A stretch of DNA of 64,000 bases from Candidatus Eiseniibacteriota bacterium. Its GTDB lineage: Bacteria > Eisenbacteria > RBG-16-71-46. The position numbers were made by a program, and so were the translations under genes. This document shows, piece after piece, positions 27,321 to 37,416 of the stretch. The notes beneath the pieces were generated by a model. That model searched no databases, was not told the DNA's origin, and was given only the letters and a program-made list of their open reading frames with translations. Within the stretch, counting starts at the first letter, position 1. The number at the start of each line of letters is the position of its first letter. The DNA lies in assembly GCA_020847735.1 (NCBI GenBank), contig JADLBL010000024.1, positions 69,355-133,354 on the forward strand. Direction: 5' to 3'.

Positions 27321-28227
27321 GCCGGTGCTGGTGCGCGAGACGCTGCACTACCTGCTCGGCGGGCCCGGCCTGTACCTCGACGCGACGCTGGGCGACGGCG
27401 GGCACGCGGACGCGCTGCTCGGCGCCGGGCCCGGCGTCCGGCTGCTCGGCTGCGATCGCGACCCGGCGGCGCTCGCCGTCTCCGCGGAGCGCCTGGCGCG
27501 CTTCGGAGACCGCGTGATGCTCCGCCACGCGCGCTTTCGCGACCTTCCGCGGGCGCACCGCGACGCGGGCGGCGAGCCGCTCGCCGGCGCCCTGTTCGAT
27601 TTCGGCCTGTCCTCGCGGCAGATCGACGACCCGGCCCGCGGCATCTCGTTCTCGCACGATGGCCCGCTCGACCAGCGGATGGATCCCACGCACGGGGAGC
27701 CGCTCGCCGACCGGCTGGCCCGCGCCGACGAGGCGGAGGTCGCGGCGGTGCTGCGCGAGCACGGTGACGTTCGCGCCGCCGGCCGGCTCGCGCGCGCGAT
27801 CGTCGCGGCGGCCCGCGCCGGTTCGCTGCGCACGACGCGCCAGCTCGCGGAGCTGGTCGCGCGGCAGCTCGGCGACGCGCGCCCGAAGACGCTGGCGCCG
27901 GTCTTCCAGGCGCTGCGCATCTGGACGAACGACGAGATGACCGACCTCGAGGCCGCGCTGGCGTGGTTGCCGGACGCGCTGCGGGAGGGCGGTGTGGTCG
28001 TGACGCTGTCGTACCACTCCGGCGAGGATCGCCGGGTGAAGCACGCGCTGCGCGGTGCGCCGCGCGTGATGCCGTCGCGCCGACTCCCCGTCATGGACGA
28101 CGGGGAGTCGGCCGGTCCCTGGGAAGAGCTGACGCGCAGGGTCGTCGTTCCCTCGAGTGAGGAGCAGCGATCGAACCCGCGCGCCCGCAGCGCGCGCCTG
28201 AGGGCGTTTCGGAGGAAGCCGCGATGA
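27304..28227 (+). CDS. rsmH: 16S rRNA (cytosine1402-N4)-methyltransferase
   Basis: HEPVLVRETL, DATLGDGGHA and LSYHSGEDRRVK motifs. GTG 27304 or 27310 is the likely start. Confidence 0.9.
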   Translation: MSVRHEPVLVRETLHYLLGGPGLYLDATLGDGGHADALLGAGPGVRLLGCDRDPAALAVSAERLARFGDRVMLRHARFRDLPRAHRDAGGEPLAGALFDFGLSSRQIDDPARGISFSHDGPLDQRMDPTHGEPLADRLARADEAEVAAVLREHGDVRAAGRLARAIVAAARAGSLRTTRQLAELVARQLGDARPKTLAPVFQALRIWTNDEMTDLEAALAWLPDALREGGVVVTLSYHSGEDRRVKHALRGAPRVMPSRRLPVMDDGESAGPWEELTRRVVVPSSEEQRSNPRARSARLRAFRRKPR

Positions 28228-28652
28228 GCCGTCGAACCCTTTCATCCTGGCGCGTCCCGGACGCGCCGGCCGTCCGGCCGCAGTTCGTGCTGCTCGCGGC
28301 CGTGGTGCTCGCGGTGCTGCTGATCGAGGTCTGGCAGACCTCGACGGTCGCCAGCCTGAGCATGCGGCTCGGACGCAGCACCGAACTCCTCCAGCAGGCG
28401 AACGCCGAGCGGGCGTGGACGAACTCGCGGCTCGACCAGAGCTCCAGCCGCTCGCAACTCGGTCCCGTCGCGGGCGCGCTCGGACTGAAGCCGGTGGATC
28501 CGCACCGCATCGTGACGCTTCCGGAGGAGTATCTCGAACCCGCGCCGGGACGCCCGGCGTCCGCACCGACCACGCCGCTGCTCGCGCTCGCGGGCCGGGC
28601 GCTCGAGGCGATCGTGCCCGAGGCCGCGGCGCGAGGTCGTGGCGTGAACTGA
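28224..28652 (+). CDS. ftsL: FtsL-like cell division protein
   Basis: Positioned between rsmH and ftsI. Single TM segment FVLLAAVVLAVLLIEVW followed by a helical segment. ATGA overlap with rsmH. Confidence 0.7.
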   Translation: MSRRTLSSWRVPDAPAVRPQFVLLAAVVLAVLLIEVWQTSTVASLSMRLGRSTELLQQANAERAWTNSRLDQSSSRSQLGPVAGALGLKPVDPHRIVTLPEEYLEPAPGRPASAPTTPLLALAGRALEAIVPEAAARGRGVN

Positions 28653-28758
28653 TCCGCTCGTTCGACAGGGGCGACCGGATTTCAATGTGCCGGCCGCGCC
28701 ACAGCACCGCGCACGTGGGGCAGGCGGTCTGCGTGAACCGCCGTTCCAGGGAGGGAAC

Positions 28759-30894
28759 GTGGCCCACAGGGAAATGCGCAAGAGTCGGGTGCTGATGGTC
28801 GCGGCCGGCCTCTTCGTGGTGCTGCTGGGGCTCTGGGTGCGGGTGGGCTGGCTGCAGATCGCCCTGCACGACCAGTTCCTCGCGCGCGCGGCCGAGAACC
28901 AGCAGCTCCGGCTCAAGCTGATCCCGGAGCGCGGCGAACTGCTCGACCGCCATGGCGCGGTCCTCGCCCGCGACCTGCGGGTGAGCCGTATCGCCGTGTA
29001 CCGGCCGCAGCTGAAGAGCCCGCTTCGCGCGGCACAGCAGCTCGGGCCCATCCTCGGTGAACCGGTCGCGAAGCTGCGCCGCAGGCTCGACGAGGCGCGC
29101 GGCTACCGGTGGATCACCGAGGACCTCCCGCCCGAGGTCGGCGAGCGCGTCCGCGCGCTGCGCATCGAGGGCCTCGACGTCGAGGACGAGACGCGCCGGG
29201 AGTACCGGCTCGGACCCGCGGCGAGCGAGATCCTCGGACGGACGAACCGCGACAACGCCGGCGTGGACGGGATCGAGTACCAGTTCGATTCGCGGCTCGC
29301 CGGACAGTCCGGCTGGGTCACCGCCATTCGCGCCGGGACGCGGCGCCTGCTGCGGCTGCCGGGCGCCGAGCACCGTGCCGCCCGCGACGGTTCCTCGCTG
29401 GTGCTCACCCTCGACGCCGACCTGCAGGCCATCGTCGAGCGACATCTCGCGCGGGCGGTGGACACGCTCGGGGCGCGGCGCGGCTTCGCGCTGTTCCTCG
29501 ACCCGTGGACCGGCGAGATCCTCGCCGCCGCGTGCGTGCCGCACCTCGAAGCGGGCAAGGCGAAGAACTGGACCTTCACCGACCAGTACGAGCCGGGCTC
29601 GACGTACAAGATCGTGGTCGCGGGCGCGGCGCTCGAGGAGAACGTCGCGCGCACGAACGAGTACTTCACCGCCTCGACCACCGGGTCGGCCGAGATCTTC
29701 CCGGGTTTCCGGCTGCGCGATTCGCATCCCAGCGCCGGCTACACGTTCTTCGGCGCCATCCAGCATTCGAGCAACATCGTCTGCGCGAAGCTCGGCCTGC
29801 GCCTCGGCGCCGACCGGCTCTACCGCTACTCGAACGCGCTCGGCTTCGGCAGCCTGACGGGCGTCGAGTTCCCGGGCGAGGCCTCCGGCAAGCTGCGGCC
29901 CGTGTCGAGCTGGCAGCCGCGCTCGGCCCCGACCATCGCGATGGGACAGGAGATCGCGGTCACCCCGCTGCAGCTGGCGCTGGCCTACGGCGCGATCGCG
30001 AACGGCGGCGTGCTCATGGAGCCGATGCTGGTGCGCGAGGAGCGCTCGAGCACCGGACGGCTCGTGCGCCGCTGGTCGCCGCAGCCCCGGCATCGCGTCT
30101 TCAGCGAGGCGACGACCGCGACGCTGCGCCGGATGCTGTGCGCGGTCGTGGACAGCGGCACGGCGACGAGCGCACGGCTCGACGGCTTCGAGATCGCGGG
30201 CAAGACGGGCACGGCGCAGAAGTACGACGCCGCGACCGGCGGCTACGGCAGGGGCATGTACATCGCGTCGTTCGCCGGCATCGCTCCCGCCGACCGGCCC
30301 CGCATCGTCGGCGTGGTGGTGCTCGACGAGCCGCCCCGCAACCTCTATTACGGCGGGCAGGTGGCCGCGCCGGTCTTCCGCGAGATCGTCCTCGACCTGA
30401 TGCGCCGGCGCGAGGGCCTCCTCGGGCCGGTGGACGGTCCGGTCGCAGCTCGCCCGCCGGCGGTCCCGGGCGTCATCGCGCCCGACCTGCGGATGCTCCC
30501 GGCGAGGGAGGCGGAGCGCCTGCTGAGCGGCTTCGGACTGCGCGCGCGCTTCGAGGGACAGGGACTCCGCGTGCTCTCGCAGTCGCCGGCCGCCGGCCAG
30601 CCGGTGGATCGCGGCGGCTCCGTCACCGCCTGGCTTTCGCCGCCCGGCGATTCGTCGCACGCGATGCTTCCAGACCTGACCGGCCTGCCGATGCGCGAAG
30701 CGCTGCGCCAGCTCACCGCCCGCCAGGTGCGGCCGCGCCTTTTCGGGCACGGGCTCGTGGTGCGCCAGGATCCCGCGCCCGGGACCCCGCTGCCGCTCGC
30801 TCAGGTCTGCCGCCTGTGGTGCGAGGTGCCCGAAGCGCCCGGCAAGCCCGGAGCGATCGCGAGCGTCGCGGCGGCGCCGGCCCACCGGCCGTGA
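28759..30894 (+). CDS. ftsI: Class B penicillin-binding protein / septal transpeptidase with C-terminal PASTA domain
   Basis: SxxK (GSTYK), SxN (HSSN) and KTG (KTGTA) motifs. N-terminal TM segment. Start is GTG 28759 or ATG 28774. Confidence 0.9.
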   Translation: MAHREMRKSRVLMVAAGLFVVLLGLWVRVGWLQIALHDQFLARAAENQQLRLKLIPERGELLDRHGAVLARDLRVSRIAVYRPQLKSPLRAAQQLGPILGEPVAKLRRRLDEARGYRWITEDLPPEVGERVRALRIEGLDVEDETRREYRLGPAASEILGRTNRDNAGVDGIEYQFDSRLAGQSGWVTAIRAGTRRLLRLPGAEHRAARDGSSLVLTLDADLQAIVERHLARAVDTLGARRGFALFLDPWTGEILAAACVPHLEAGKAKNWTFTDQYEPGSTYKIVVAGAALEENVARTNEYFTASTTGSAEIFPGFRLRDSHPSAGYTFFGAIQHSSNIVCAKLGLRLGADRLYRYSNALGFGSLTGVEFPGEASGKLRPVSSWQPRSAPTIAMGQEIAVTPLQLALAYGAIANGGVLMEPMLVREERSSTGRLVRRWSPQPRHRVFSEATTATLRRMLCAVVDSGTATSARLDGFEIAGKTGTAQKYDAATGGYGRGMYIASFAGIAPADRPRIVGVVVLDEPPRNLYYGGQVAAPVFREIVLDLMRRREGLLGPVDGPVAARPPAVPGVIAPDLRMLPAREAERLLSGFGLRARFEGQGLRVLSQSPAAGQPVDRGGSVTAWLSPPGDSSHAMLPDLTGLPMREALRQLTARQVRPRLFGHGLVVRQDPAPGTPLPLAQVCRLWCEVPEAPGKPGAIASVAAAPAHRP

Positions 30895-32396
30895 GGCTGC
30901 GCGAACTGCTCACCGGCCTCGGCAGCCTCGGCGTGCGAGGCTCCGACGATGTCGGGGTGACGGGCCTGGCGCTCGATTCGCGGCGCGTGCGGCCGGGCGA
31001 CGTGTTCTTCGCGCTGGCCGGAGCGAAGGACGACGGCGCGCGCTTCGTGTCCGCCGCGGTCGCGGCGGGGGCACGCGTCGTCGTCGGTCCGCCCGGAACC
31101 CGCGCCGAGGGCGCGACGGTGATCGAAACGCCCGAGCCGCGACTGGCGCTGGCGGCGATGGCCTGCCGACTCCACGGCGACCCGTCCCGCGCGATGAAGA
31201 TCGTGGCCGTGACGGGTACGAACGGCAAGACGACGACGGCCTGCATGCTGGAGGCGATCTTCACGGCCGCCGGCTGGAGCGCGGGCCGGATCGGCACCAC
31301 CGGCATCCGGATCGCCGGGGAGGAGCGCCCGAGCGCGTTCACCACGCCGGAAGCCCCGGACCTGCAGGCGCTGCTCGCCGAGATGCGCGACCGCGGGCTC
31401 GCCGCGGTCGCGATGGAAGCGAGCAGCCACGCGCTCGTGCAGCGCCGCACGTGGGGCCTCGCGTGCGACGTCACGCTGTTCACCAACCTGACGCAGGACC
31501 ATCTCGATTACCACGGCACCATGGAAGCCTACCTCGACGCCAAGCTGATGCTGTTCGACGGCCGCAACGGCGGGGCCGGCAAGCGCACGGTCGCGGTCGT
31601 CAACGCCGGTGACCCCGCGGCCCCGCGGGTGCTCGACGCCGCGCGGCGCGGCGGGCAGACGCCCTGCACATTCGGCGCCGACCTGGGCGACGTGCCTCCG
31701 GCCCTGCCGCTCGAGGTGGCGCTCGAGCGGATCGATGTGGGTCCGGCGGGGCTCGGGTTGCGGCTCCACCTGGACCGCGACGGCGTGGTGGCGGGGGAGC
31801 GCGGCGTGACGCTGCCGATGTTCGGCCGCTTCAACGCGCTGAACGCCGCGGGCGCCTACGCGGCCGCGCTCGCGCTCGGAATCGCGCCCGGCACGATCGA
31901 GCGCGCGCTCGGCTCGTTCGCCGGCGTGCCCGGCCGGCTGGAAAGCGTCGCGGCCGGCCGGCCGTTCGCGGTGCTCGTGGACTACGCGCACACGCCCGAC
32001 GCGCTCGAGCGCGCGCTCGCGGCCTGCCGCGAGCACGCGAGCGGCCGCGTGCTGTGCGTCTTCGGCTGCGGCGGCGATCGCGATCGCGGCAAGCGCCCGC
32101 TCATGGGCGCGATCGCGGCGCGCCTCGCCGACCGCGCCTGGATCACGAACGACAACCCGCGCACCGAGGACCCGGCCGCGATCGCCGCCGCCATCGCCGC
32201 CGGTGCGCCGGACGGCGCGCTCGAGACGATCCTCGACCGTCGCGAGGCGATCGGCGCGGCGCTCTCCTCCGCGCGGCCGGGCGACGTCGTGCTCGTCGCC
32301 GGCAAGGGACACGAGACGACGCAGACGCTCGGCACGAACGTGCAGCCCTTCGACGACCGCGCGGTGGCCCGCGAACTCCTCGGAGTTCCGGCGTGA
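30891..32396 (+). CDS. murE: UDP-N-acetylmuramoyl-tripeptide synthetase (meso-DAP/Lys-adding)
   Basis: VTGTNGKTTT P-loop and DNPRTEDP motif. GTGA overlap with ftsI. Confidence 0.95.
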   Translation: MRLRELLTGLGSLGVRGSDDVGVTGLALDSRRVRPGDVFFALAGAKDDGARFVSAAVAAGARVVVGPPGTRAEGATVIETPEPRLALAAMACRLHGDPSRAMKIVAVTGTNGKTTTACMLEAIFTAAGWSAGRIGTTGIRIAGEERPSAFTTPEAPDLQALLAEMRDRGLAAVAMEASSHALVQRRTWGLACDVTLFTNLTQDHLDYHGTMEAYLDAKLMLFDGRNGGAGKRTVAVVNAGDPAAPRVLDAARRGGQTPCTFGADLGDVPPALPLEVALERIDVGPAGLGLRLHLDRDGVVAGERGVTLPMFGRFNALNAAGAYAAALALGIAPGTIERALGSFAGVPGRLESVAAGRPFAVLVDYAHTPDALERALAACREHASGRVLCVFGCGGDRDRGKRPLMGAIAARLADRAWITNDNPRTEDPAAIAAAIAAGAPDGALETILDRREAIGAALSSARPGDVVLVAGKGHETTQTLGTNVQPFDDRAVARELLGVPA

Positions 32397-33817
32397 ACGC
32401 CGGCACCCCGAAGGCGGCCGCCCCCGCGCTCACGCTCGTCCGTCTCGCGCAGTGGGCGAACGGCGACCTGATCGTGACCGACGTGCCGCCGGGTCCGGCC
32501 GCGCGCGAGACCCTGCTCGCGCGTCCCGTCACCGGCGCGACGCTCGACACGCGCGCGATCGAGCCCGGCATGCTGTTCGTTCCGCTGCCCGGTTCGCGCG
32601 TGGACGGCCACGCGTTCCTCGACGAGGCGTTCGCGAAGGGCGCGGCCGCGGCGCTGTGCGCGCGCGAACTGCACCCGGCGATCGCGCACCTGGGCCTCGG
32701 TCCGCTCGTGCTGGTGGACGACGTGACCGCGGGCCTGCAGCGGCTGGCGCAGAAGTACCGCGAGGCGTGGCCGGGCCTGCTGATCGGTGTCACCGGCAGC
32801 GTGGGCAAGACCACGACCAAGGAGCTGGTCGCGGCCGCCTTCGCGACCGCGGCGCCGACGCTGCGCACGCGCGGAAACCTCAACAACCACTGGGGCGTCC
32901 CGCTGACGCTGCTCGCCCTCCGGCCCGAGCACGAGGTGGCGGTCGTCGAGATGGCGATGAGCAACCCGGGCGAGATCGCGGCCCTCGCGGCCATCGCTCG
33001 CCCGGACGCGGCGATCGTGACCAACGCCGGCACCGCGCACCTCGAGGGCGTCGGCTCGCTGGAAGGCATCGCGCGCGAGAAGGCGTCGCTCGTCCTGGCG
33101 CTCGAACCCGGGCGCCCGGCCTTCGTCGGCGCCGACTCGCCGCGCCTGGTCGCCGCCGTGAAGGGCACGAAGGCGCGGGTGACGACCTACGGTTTCGCCC
33201 GCGATGCGGACGTGCGGCCGTCGCGCTACGAGGACCTCGGGGCGGAGGGCTCGCGCCTCGAGGTCGAGGGCTTCCCGCCCGTGCACCTGCGGCTCGTCGG
33301 CCGCCACCAGGCCGCGAACGCGCTCGCGGCCTTCGCGGTCGCGCGCGAGTGGCGGCTCGATCCGCGCGCGGTGGCCGACGCGCTCGAGGCGCACCGGCCG
33401 CTCCCGGGACGCATGGAGGTCCGGCGCGCCCGGGGCGCGACGCTGCTGGTGGACTGCTACAACGCCAACCCGGACTCGACCGCGGCGGCGCTCGAGACCC
33501 TCGCCGGCTGGGCCGGGGCGCGGCGGCGGATCGCCGTGCTCGGCGACATGCTCGAGCTGGGGGGAACGGCCGCCCGGCTGCACCGGGAAACCGGCGCGAA
33601 GGTGCGGGACGCGGAACTGTGGACGGTCGGGACCCACGCGCGCGAATATGCCGCCGGGGCGCGCGCCACGGGGATCGAGGCGCGGGTGTTCGCCGACAAG
33701 GCCGAACTGGCGAAGGTCCTGCGCGAGACGCTCGCGCCGGGAATGGTCGTGCTGCTCAAGGCGTCGCGCGGCGCCGCCCTCGAGCAGGTGCTCGAAGGCC
33801 TCGGGACGGAGGACTGA
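32393..33817 (+). CDS. murF: UDP-MurNAc-tripeptide--D-Ala-D-Ala ligase
   Basis: GVTGSVGKTTTKE P-loop. Position between murE and mraY. GTGA overlap with murE. Confidence 0.9.
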   Translation: MNAGTPKAAAPALTLVRLAQWANGDLIVTDVPPGPAARETLLARPVTGATLDTRAIEPGMLFVPLPGSRVDGHAFLDEAFAKGAAAALCARELHPAIAHLGLGPLVLVDDVTAGLQRLAQKYREAWPGLLIGVTGSVGKTTTKELVAAAFATAAPTLRTRGNLNNHWGVPLTLLALRPEHEVAVVEMAMSNPGEIAALAAIARPDAAIVTNAGTAHLEGVGSLEGIAREKASLVLALEPGRPAFVGADSPRLVAAVKGTKARVTTYGFARDADVRPSRYEDLGAEGSRLEVEGFPPVHLRLVGRHQAANALAAFAVAREWRLDPRAVADALEAHRPLPGRMEVRRARGATLLVDCYNANPDSTAAALETLAGWAGARRRIAVLGDMLELGGTAARLHRETGAKVRDAELWTVGTHAREYAAGARATGIEARVFADKAELAKVLRETLAPGMVVLLKASRGAALEQVLEGLGTED

Positions 33818-33818
33818 C

Positions 33819-34910
33819 GTGTTCTACGAATGGGTCTATCCGTTGCACGAGATCGCCGGGTTGTCGGTGCTGAACGTCTTTCGCTACATCACGTTTCGCT
33901 CCGCCTACGCCGCCGTCACGGCGCTGCTCATCAGCTTCCTGTTCGGACCGCTCATGATCGACTGGCTGCGGCGCGTCAGGCTCGGACAGAAGGTCCGCCA
34001 GGAAGGGCCGCAGTCGCACCTCGGCAAGGCAGGGACGCCGACCATGGGCGGGCTGCTGATCGTCACCTCGATCGTGGTGCCCTGCCTGCTGTGGGGCAAC
34101 TTCCACTCGCGTCAGCTGTGGATCGCGCTGCTCACCACCGTCTGGCTCGGCGGCCTCGGGTTCCTCGACGACTGGCTGCGGGTGGTGAAGAACTACCCCA
34201 AGGGACTGCTCGGACGATGGAAGCTGGTCGGACAGGTCGCGATCGGCGCCGTCGTCGGCGCCCTCATCCTCGCCTACCCGGAGCCGAACGTTTCGTCCAC
34301 GGGCACGCACGTGCCGTTCCTCAAGCGCACGTTCTTCGACTTCGGCTGGATGTTCGTGCCGTTCGTGATCCTCGTCATCACCGGCTCGTCGAACGCGGTG
34401 AACCTGACGGACGGCCTCGACGGGCTCGCCTCGGGACTCGTCGCCATCGCGGCCGTGTCGTTCGCGGGCATGTGCTACGTGAGCGGCCACCTCAAGTTCA
34501 GCGAGTACCTCAACATCACCCATCTCGCCTACAGCGGCGAGCTGACGGTGTTCTGCGCCGCGGTGCTCGGCGCCTCGCTCGGCTTCCTGTGGTTCAACTG
34601 TCATCCCGCGAACGTGTTCATGGGCGACACCGGCTCGCTGGCGCTCGGCGGGGCGCTCGGCGTGGTGGCGGTGCTCATCAAGCGCGAGTTCTGGCTGGTG
34701 CTGGTCGGCGGGGTGTTCGTGGCCGAGGCGGCCTCCGTGATGCTGCAGGTGGCGTCGTTCAAGCTGACGGGCCGGCGCATCTTCCGCATGTCTCCGCTGC
34801 ACCATCATTTCGAGCTGATGGGCTGGGCCGAGTCGCGGGTGGTGCTGCGCTTCTACATCGTCGGCGTCCTGCTGGCGATGCTGTCCCTGACGACGTTCAA
34901 GCTCCAGTGA
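33819..34910 (+). CDS. mraY: Phospho-N-acetylmuramoyl-pentapeptide transferase
   Basis: GTPTMGGLLI and NAVNLTDGLDGLA motifs. Confidence 0.95.
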   Translation: MFYEWVYPLHEIAGLSVLNVFRYITFRSAYAAVTALLISFLFGPLMIDWLRRVRLGQKVRQEGPQSHLGKAGTPTMGGLLIVTSIVVPCLLWGNFHSRQLWIALLTTVWLGGLGFLDDWLRVVKNYPKGLLGRWKLVGQVAIGAVVGALILAYPEPNVSSTGTHVPFLKRTFFDFGWMFVPFVILVITGSSNAVNLTDGLDGLASGLVAIAAVSFAGMCYVSGHLKFSEYLNITHLAYSGELTVFCAAVLGASLGFLWFNCHPANVFMGDTGSLALGGALGVVAVLIKREFWLVLVGGVFVAEAASVMLQVASFKLTGRRIFRMSPLHHHFELMGWAESRVVLRFYIVGVLLAMLSLTTFKLQ

Positions 34911-36283
34911 CCCTCGACCGGCATCATCCGCTGCCCGGTCGCCGGCCGCTCGTCGCGGGCGCCGCCCGCAGCGGCGTCGCCGCCGCGCGCCTGCTCGCGC
35001 GTCACGGCGCCGAGGTGCGGATCTGCGACCGCCGCGGCGCCGCGGATCTGCCCGAGCCGGCGCGCGCGCTCGCCGGCGAGGGCATCGAGGTCGCCTGGGG
35101 GCGCGACGACGCGGCGCTGCTCGACGGGCGCGACTTCGTCGTCTGGAGCCCCGGCATCCGGGCGGACCATCCGCTCGCGACGGCCGCGCGCGAGCGGGGG
35201 CTGGCGGTGATCGGCGAGCTGGAGCTGGGATTCCTCGCCGCGCGCGCGCCGCTCGTCTGCATCACCGGCACCAACGGCAAGAGCACGACCACCGACCTGA
35301 CGGGCGCGCTGCTGCGCGCCGCGGGGCGCGAGGTCGCCGTCTGCGGCAACATCGGCCGGGCGCTGTGCGAGGTGGCCGAGGACGTGAGCGACGCCGGGCT
35401 GCTGGTGGTCGAGGTCTCGTCCTTCCAGCTCGAAACGGTCGCGAAGCTCAAGCCGTTCGTCGCGACCTGGCTGAACCTGACCCCGGACCATCTCGACCGG
35501 CACGGCAGCCTCGCGGACTACGCGGCCCTCAAGCAGCGCCTGTTCGAGCGCCAGGACGAGGGCGACTACGCCGTTCGGAACGCCGACGACCCGCTGGTCG
35601 CGGGCCGCGGCGGTCTGGCCTCGCCGCTCGAGTTCTCGGTCGCGCGCGCGGTGGACGACGGCGCCTTTCACGAAGCGGGCGAACTGGTGCTGGCCCGCCG
35701 GGGCGGGCGGGAGCGGCTGATGGCGCGGACGGACGTCCGCCTGCCCGGCCCGCACAACCTCGCCAACGCGCTGGCGGCGCTGGCCACCGTCATGCCGATG
35801 GAGCCGCCGGCGGCGGCGCTTCGGAGCGTTCTCGCCGCCTACGCCGGTCTCGAGCACCGCCTGGAGGCGGCCGGAGAGGTCAACGGCGTGCGGTTCGTGA
35901 ACGACTCCAAGGCCACGAACACCGATTCGCTGTCGGTGGCGCTGCGGAGCTTCGAGCGGCCGGTCGTCCTGATCGCCGGTGGCCGCGACAAGGGGCAGGA
36001 TTTCGCGCCGCTCGCGGCCCTGGTCCGCCGGCACGTCCGGCAGCTGGTCCTGATCGGCGAGGGGGCGGCGGCCATGGCGAGCGCCTGGCGCGGAGTTCCG
36101 CAGGAGCGAGCGGAAACGCTGGCCGAAGCGGTCGCGGTCGCGTACCGTGCGGCCGGTACGGGGGGCGTGGTCCTGCTTTCGCCGGGCTGCGCTTCGTTCG
36201 ACATGTTCCGGGACTACGAAGACCGCGGACGCCGCTTCAAGGAAGAAGTGGCCCGGCTCGCGCAGGGAGGCGTGCGGGAATGA
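34907..36283 (+). CDS. murD: UDP-MurNAc-L-Ala--D-Glu ligase
   Basis: ITGTNGKSTTT P-loop. GTGA overlap with mraY. Confidence 0.9.
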   Translation: MTLDRHHPLPGRRPLVAGAARSGVAAARLLARHGAEVRICDRRGAADLPEPARALAGEGIEVAWGRDDAALLDGRDFVVWSPGIRADHPLATAARERGLAVIGELELGFLAARAPLVCITGTNGKSTTTDLTGALLRAAGREVAVCGNIGRALCEVAEDVSDAGLLVVEVSSFQLETVAKLKPFVATWLNLTPDHLDRHGSLADYAALKQRLFERQDEGDYAVRNADDPLVAGRGGLASPLEFSVARAVDDGAFHEAGELVLARRGGRERLMARTDVRLPGPHNLANALAALATVMPMEPPAAALRSVLAAYAGLEHRLEAAGEVNGVRFVNDSKATNTDSLSVALRSFERPVVLIAGGRDKGQDFAPLAALVRRHVRQLVLIGEGAAAMASAWRGVPQERAETLAEAVAVAYRAAGTGGVVLLSPGCASFDMFRDYEDRGRRFKEEVARLAQGGVRE

Positions 36284-37416
36284 CCCGAGGGGATCGCTGG
36301 ATCATCGTGCTGGCGCTGGTGCTGACGGCGATCGGCCTCGTGATGGTCTATTCGTCGAGTTCGTTCACCGCCTTCGTCCGCAAGGGCGACGAGAACTTCT
36401 ATCTCCGCCAGCAGGCGTTCCGGACGCTGCTGGGCATCGGGGCGCTGTGGGCGTGCGCCCGCGCGCTCAGCCTGAAGTTCCTCGAGTCCCTCGCGCCGTG
36501 GCTCCTGGGCGGAGCGTGCGCGCTCCTCGTCGCGGTCGTCGCGGTGGGCCACATGTCGAACGGCGCGACGCGCTGGCTGCGGGTCGGCATGCTGTCCCTG
36601 CAGCCGACCGACCTGGCGCGCGTCGCGGCCGTGGTGTTCCTCGCCTGGTGGCTCAAGCGCCGGCCGGTCGCGGACCGCGGTTTCTGGCGCGGGCTGGTGC
36701 CGCCACTGCTGATCGTCGGCGGCGTGGCGGCGCTCATTCTCAAGCAGCCGAATCTCAGCTCCGCGGCGCTGCTGCTCGCGACCGGCTTCGTGATGCTGTT
36801 CCTCTCGGGCGCTCCGCTTCGCCATCTCGTCGCGCCGGTGGCCGCGGGCGTGGGCGCCGCCGCGGTGGCGCTGGCGACGCACCCGTACATGATGCGCCGC
36901 GTCCAGACGTTCGCGGACTTCGCCGTCGGCCGCGCCGACGCGCACGACGCCGGCTTCCAGCTCAACCAGTCGCTCATCGCCATCGGCTCGGGCGGCCTCG
37001 CCGGTCGCGGCCTCGGCGCGGGCATGCAGAAGCTGCTGTTCCTGCCCGAGGCGCACACCGACTTCATCTTCTCGATCATCGCCGAGGAACTGGGCTTCAT
37101 CGGGACGACGGCGCTGCTGGTCGTCATCGGACTGTTCCTGTGGCGCGGCATGCGCGTCGCGGCGCGCTGCTCCGAACCCTTCGCCGGCCTCGTGGCGGGA
37201 GGACTCACCGTGCAGATCGGCCTTTACGCGCTGGCCAACCTGGCCGTCGCGACCGGCGTGGCTCCGACCACCGGCCTGCCGCTGCCGTTCGTCTCGTACG
37301 GCGGCTCGGCGCTGCTCGTGAACCTCGCGGCCGCCGGCATCCTGTACCGCATCAGCGCCCTCAACGGCGAATCCGAGGCGCTCACCCGGCAGCGCTGGGC
37401 GAGGGAGGGGGCGTGA
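36280..37416 (+). CDS. ftsW: SEDS-family peptidoglycan polymerase / division protein FtsW
   Basis: SGGLAGRGLGAG and PEAHTDFIFS motifs. ATGA overlap with murD. Confidence 0.9.
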   Translation: MTRGDRWIIVLALVLTAIGLVMVYSSSSFTAFVRKGDENFYLRQQAFRTLLGIGALWACARALSLKFLESLAPWLLGGACALLVAVVAVGHMSNGATRWLRVGMLSLQPTDLARVAAVVFLAWWLKRRPVADRGFWRGLVPPLLIVGGVAALILKQPNLSSAALLLATGFVMLFLSGAPLRHLVAPVAAGVGAAAVALATHPYMMRRVQTFADFAVGRADAHDAGFQLNQSLIAIGSGGLAGRGLGAGMQKLLFLPEAHTDFIFSIIAEELGFIGTTALLVVIGLFLWRGMRVAARCSEPFAGLVAGGLTVQIGLYALANLAVATGVAPTTGLPLPFVSYGGSALLVNLAAAGILYRISALNGESEALTRQRWAREGA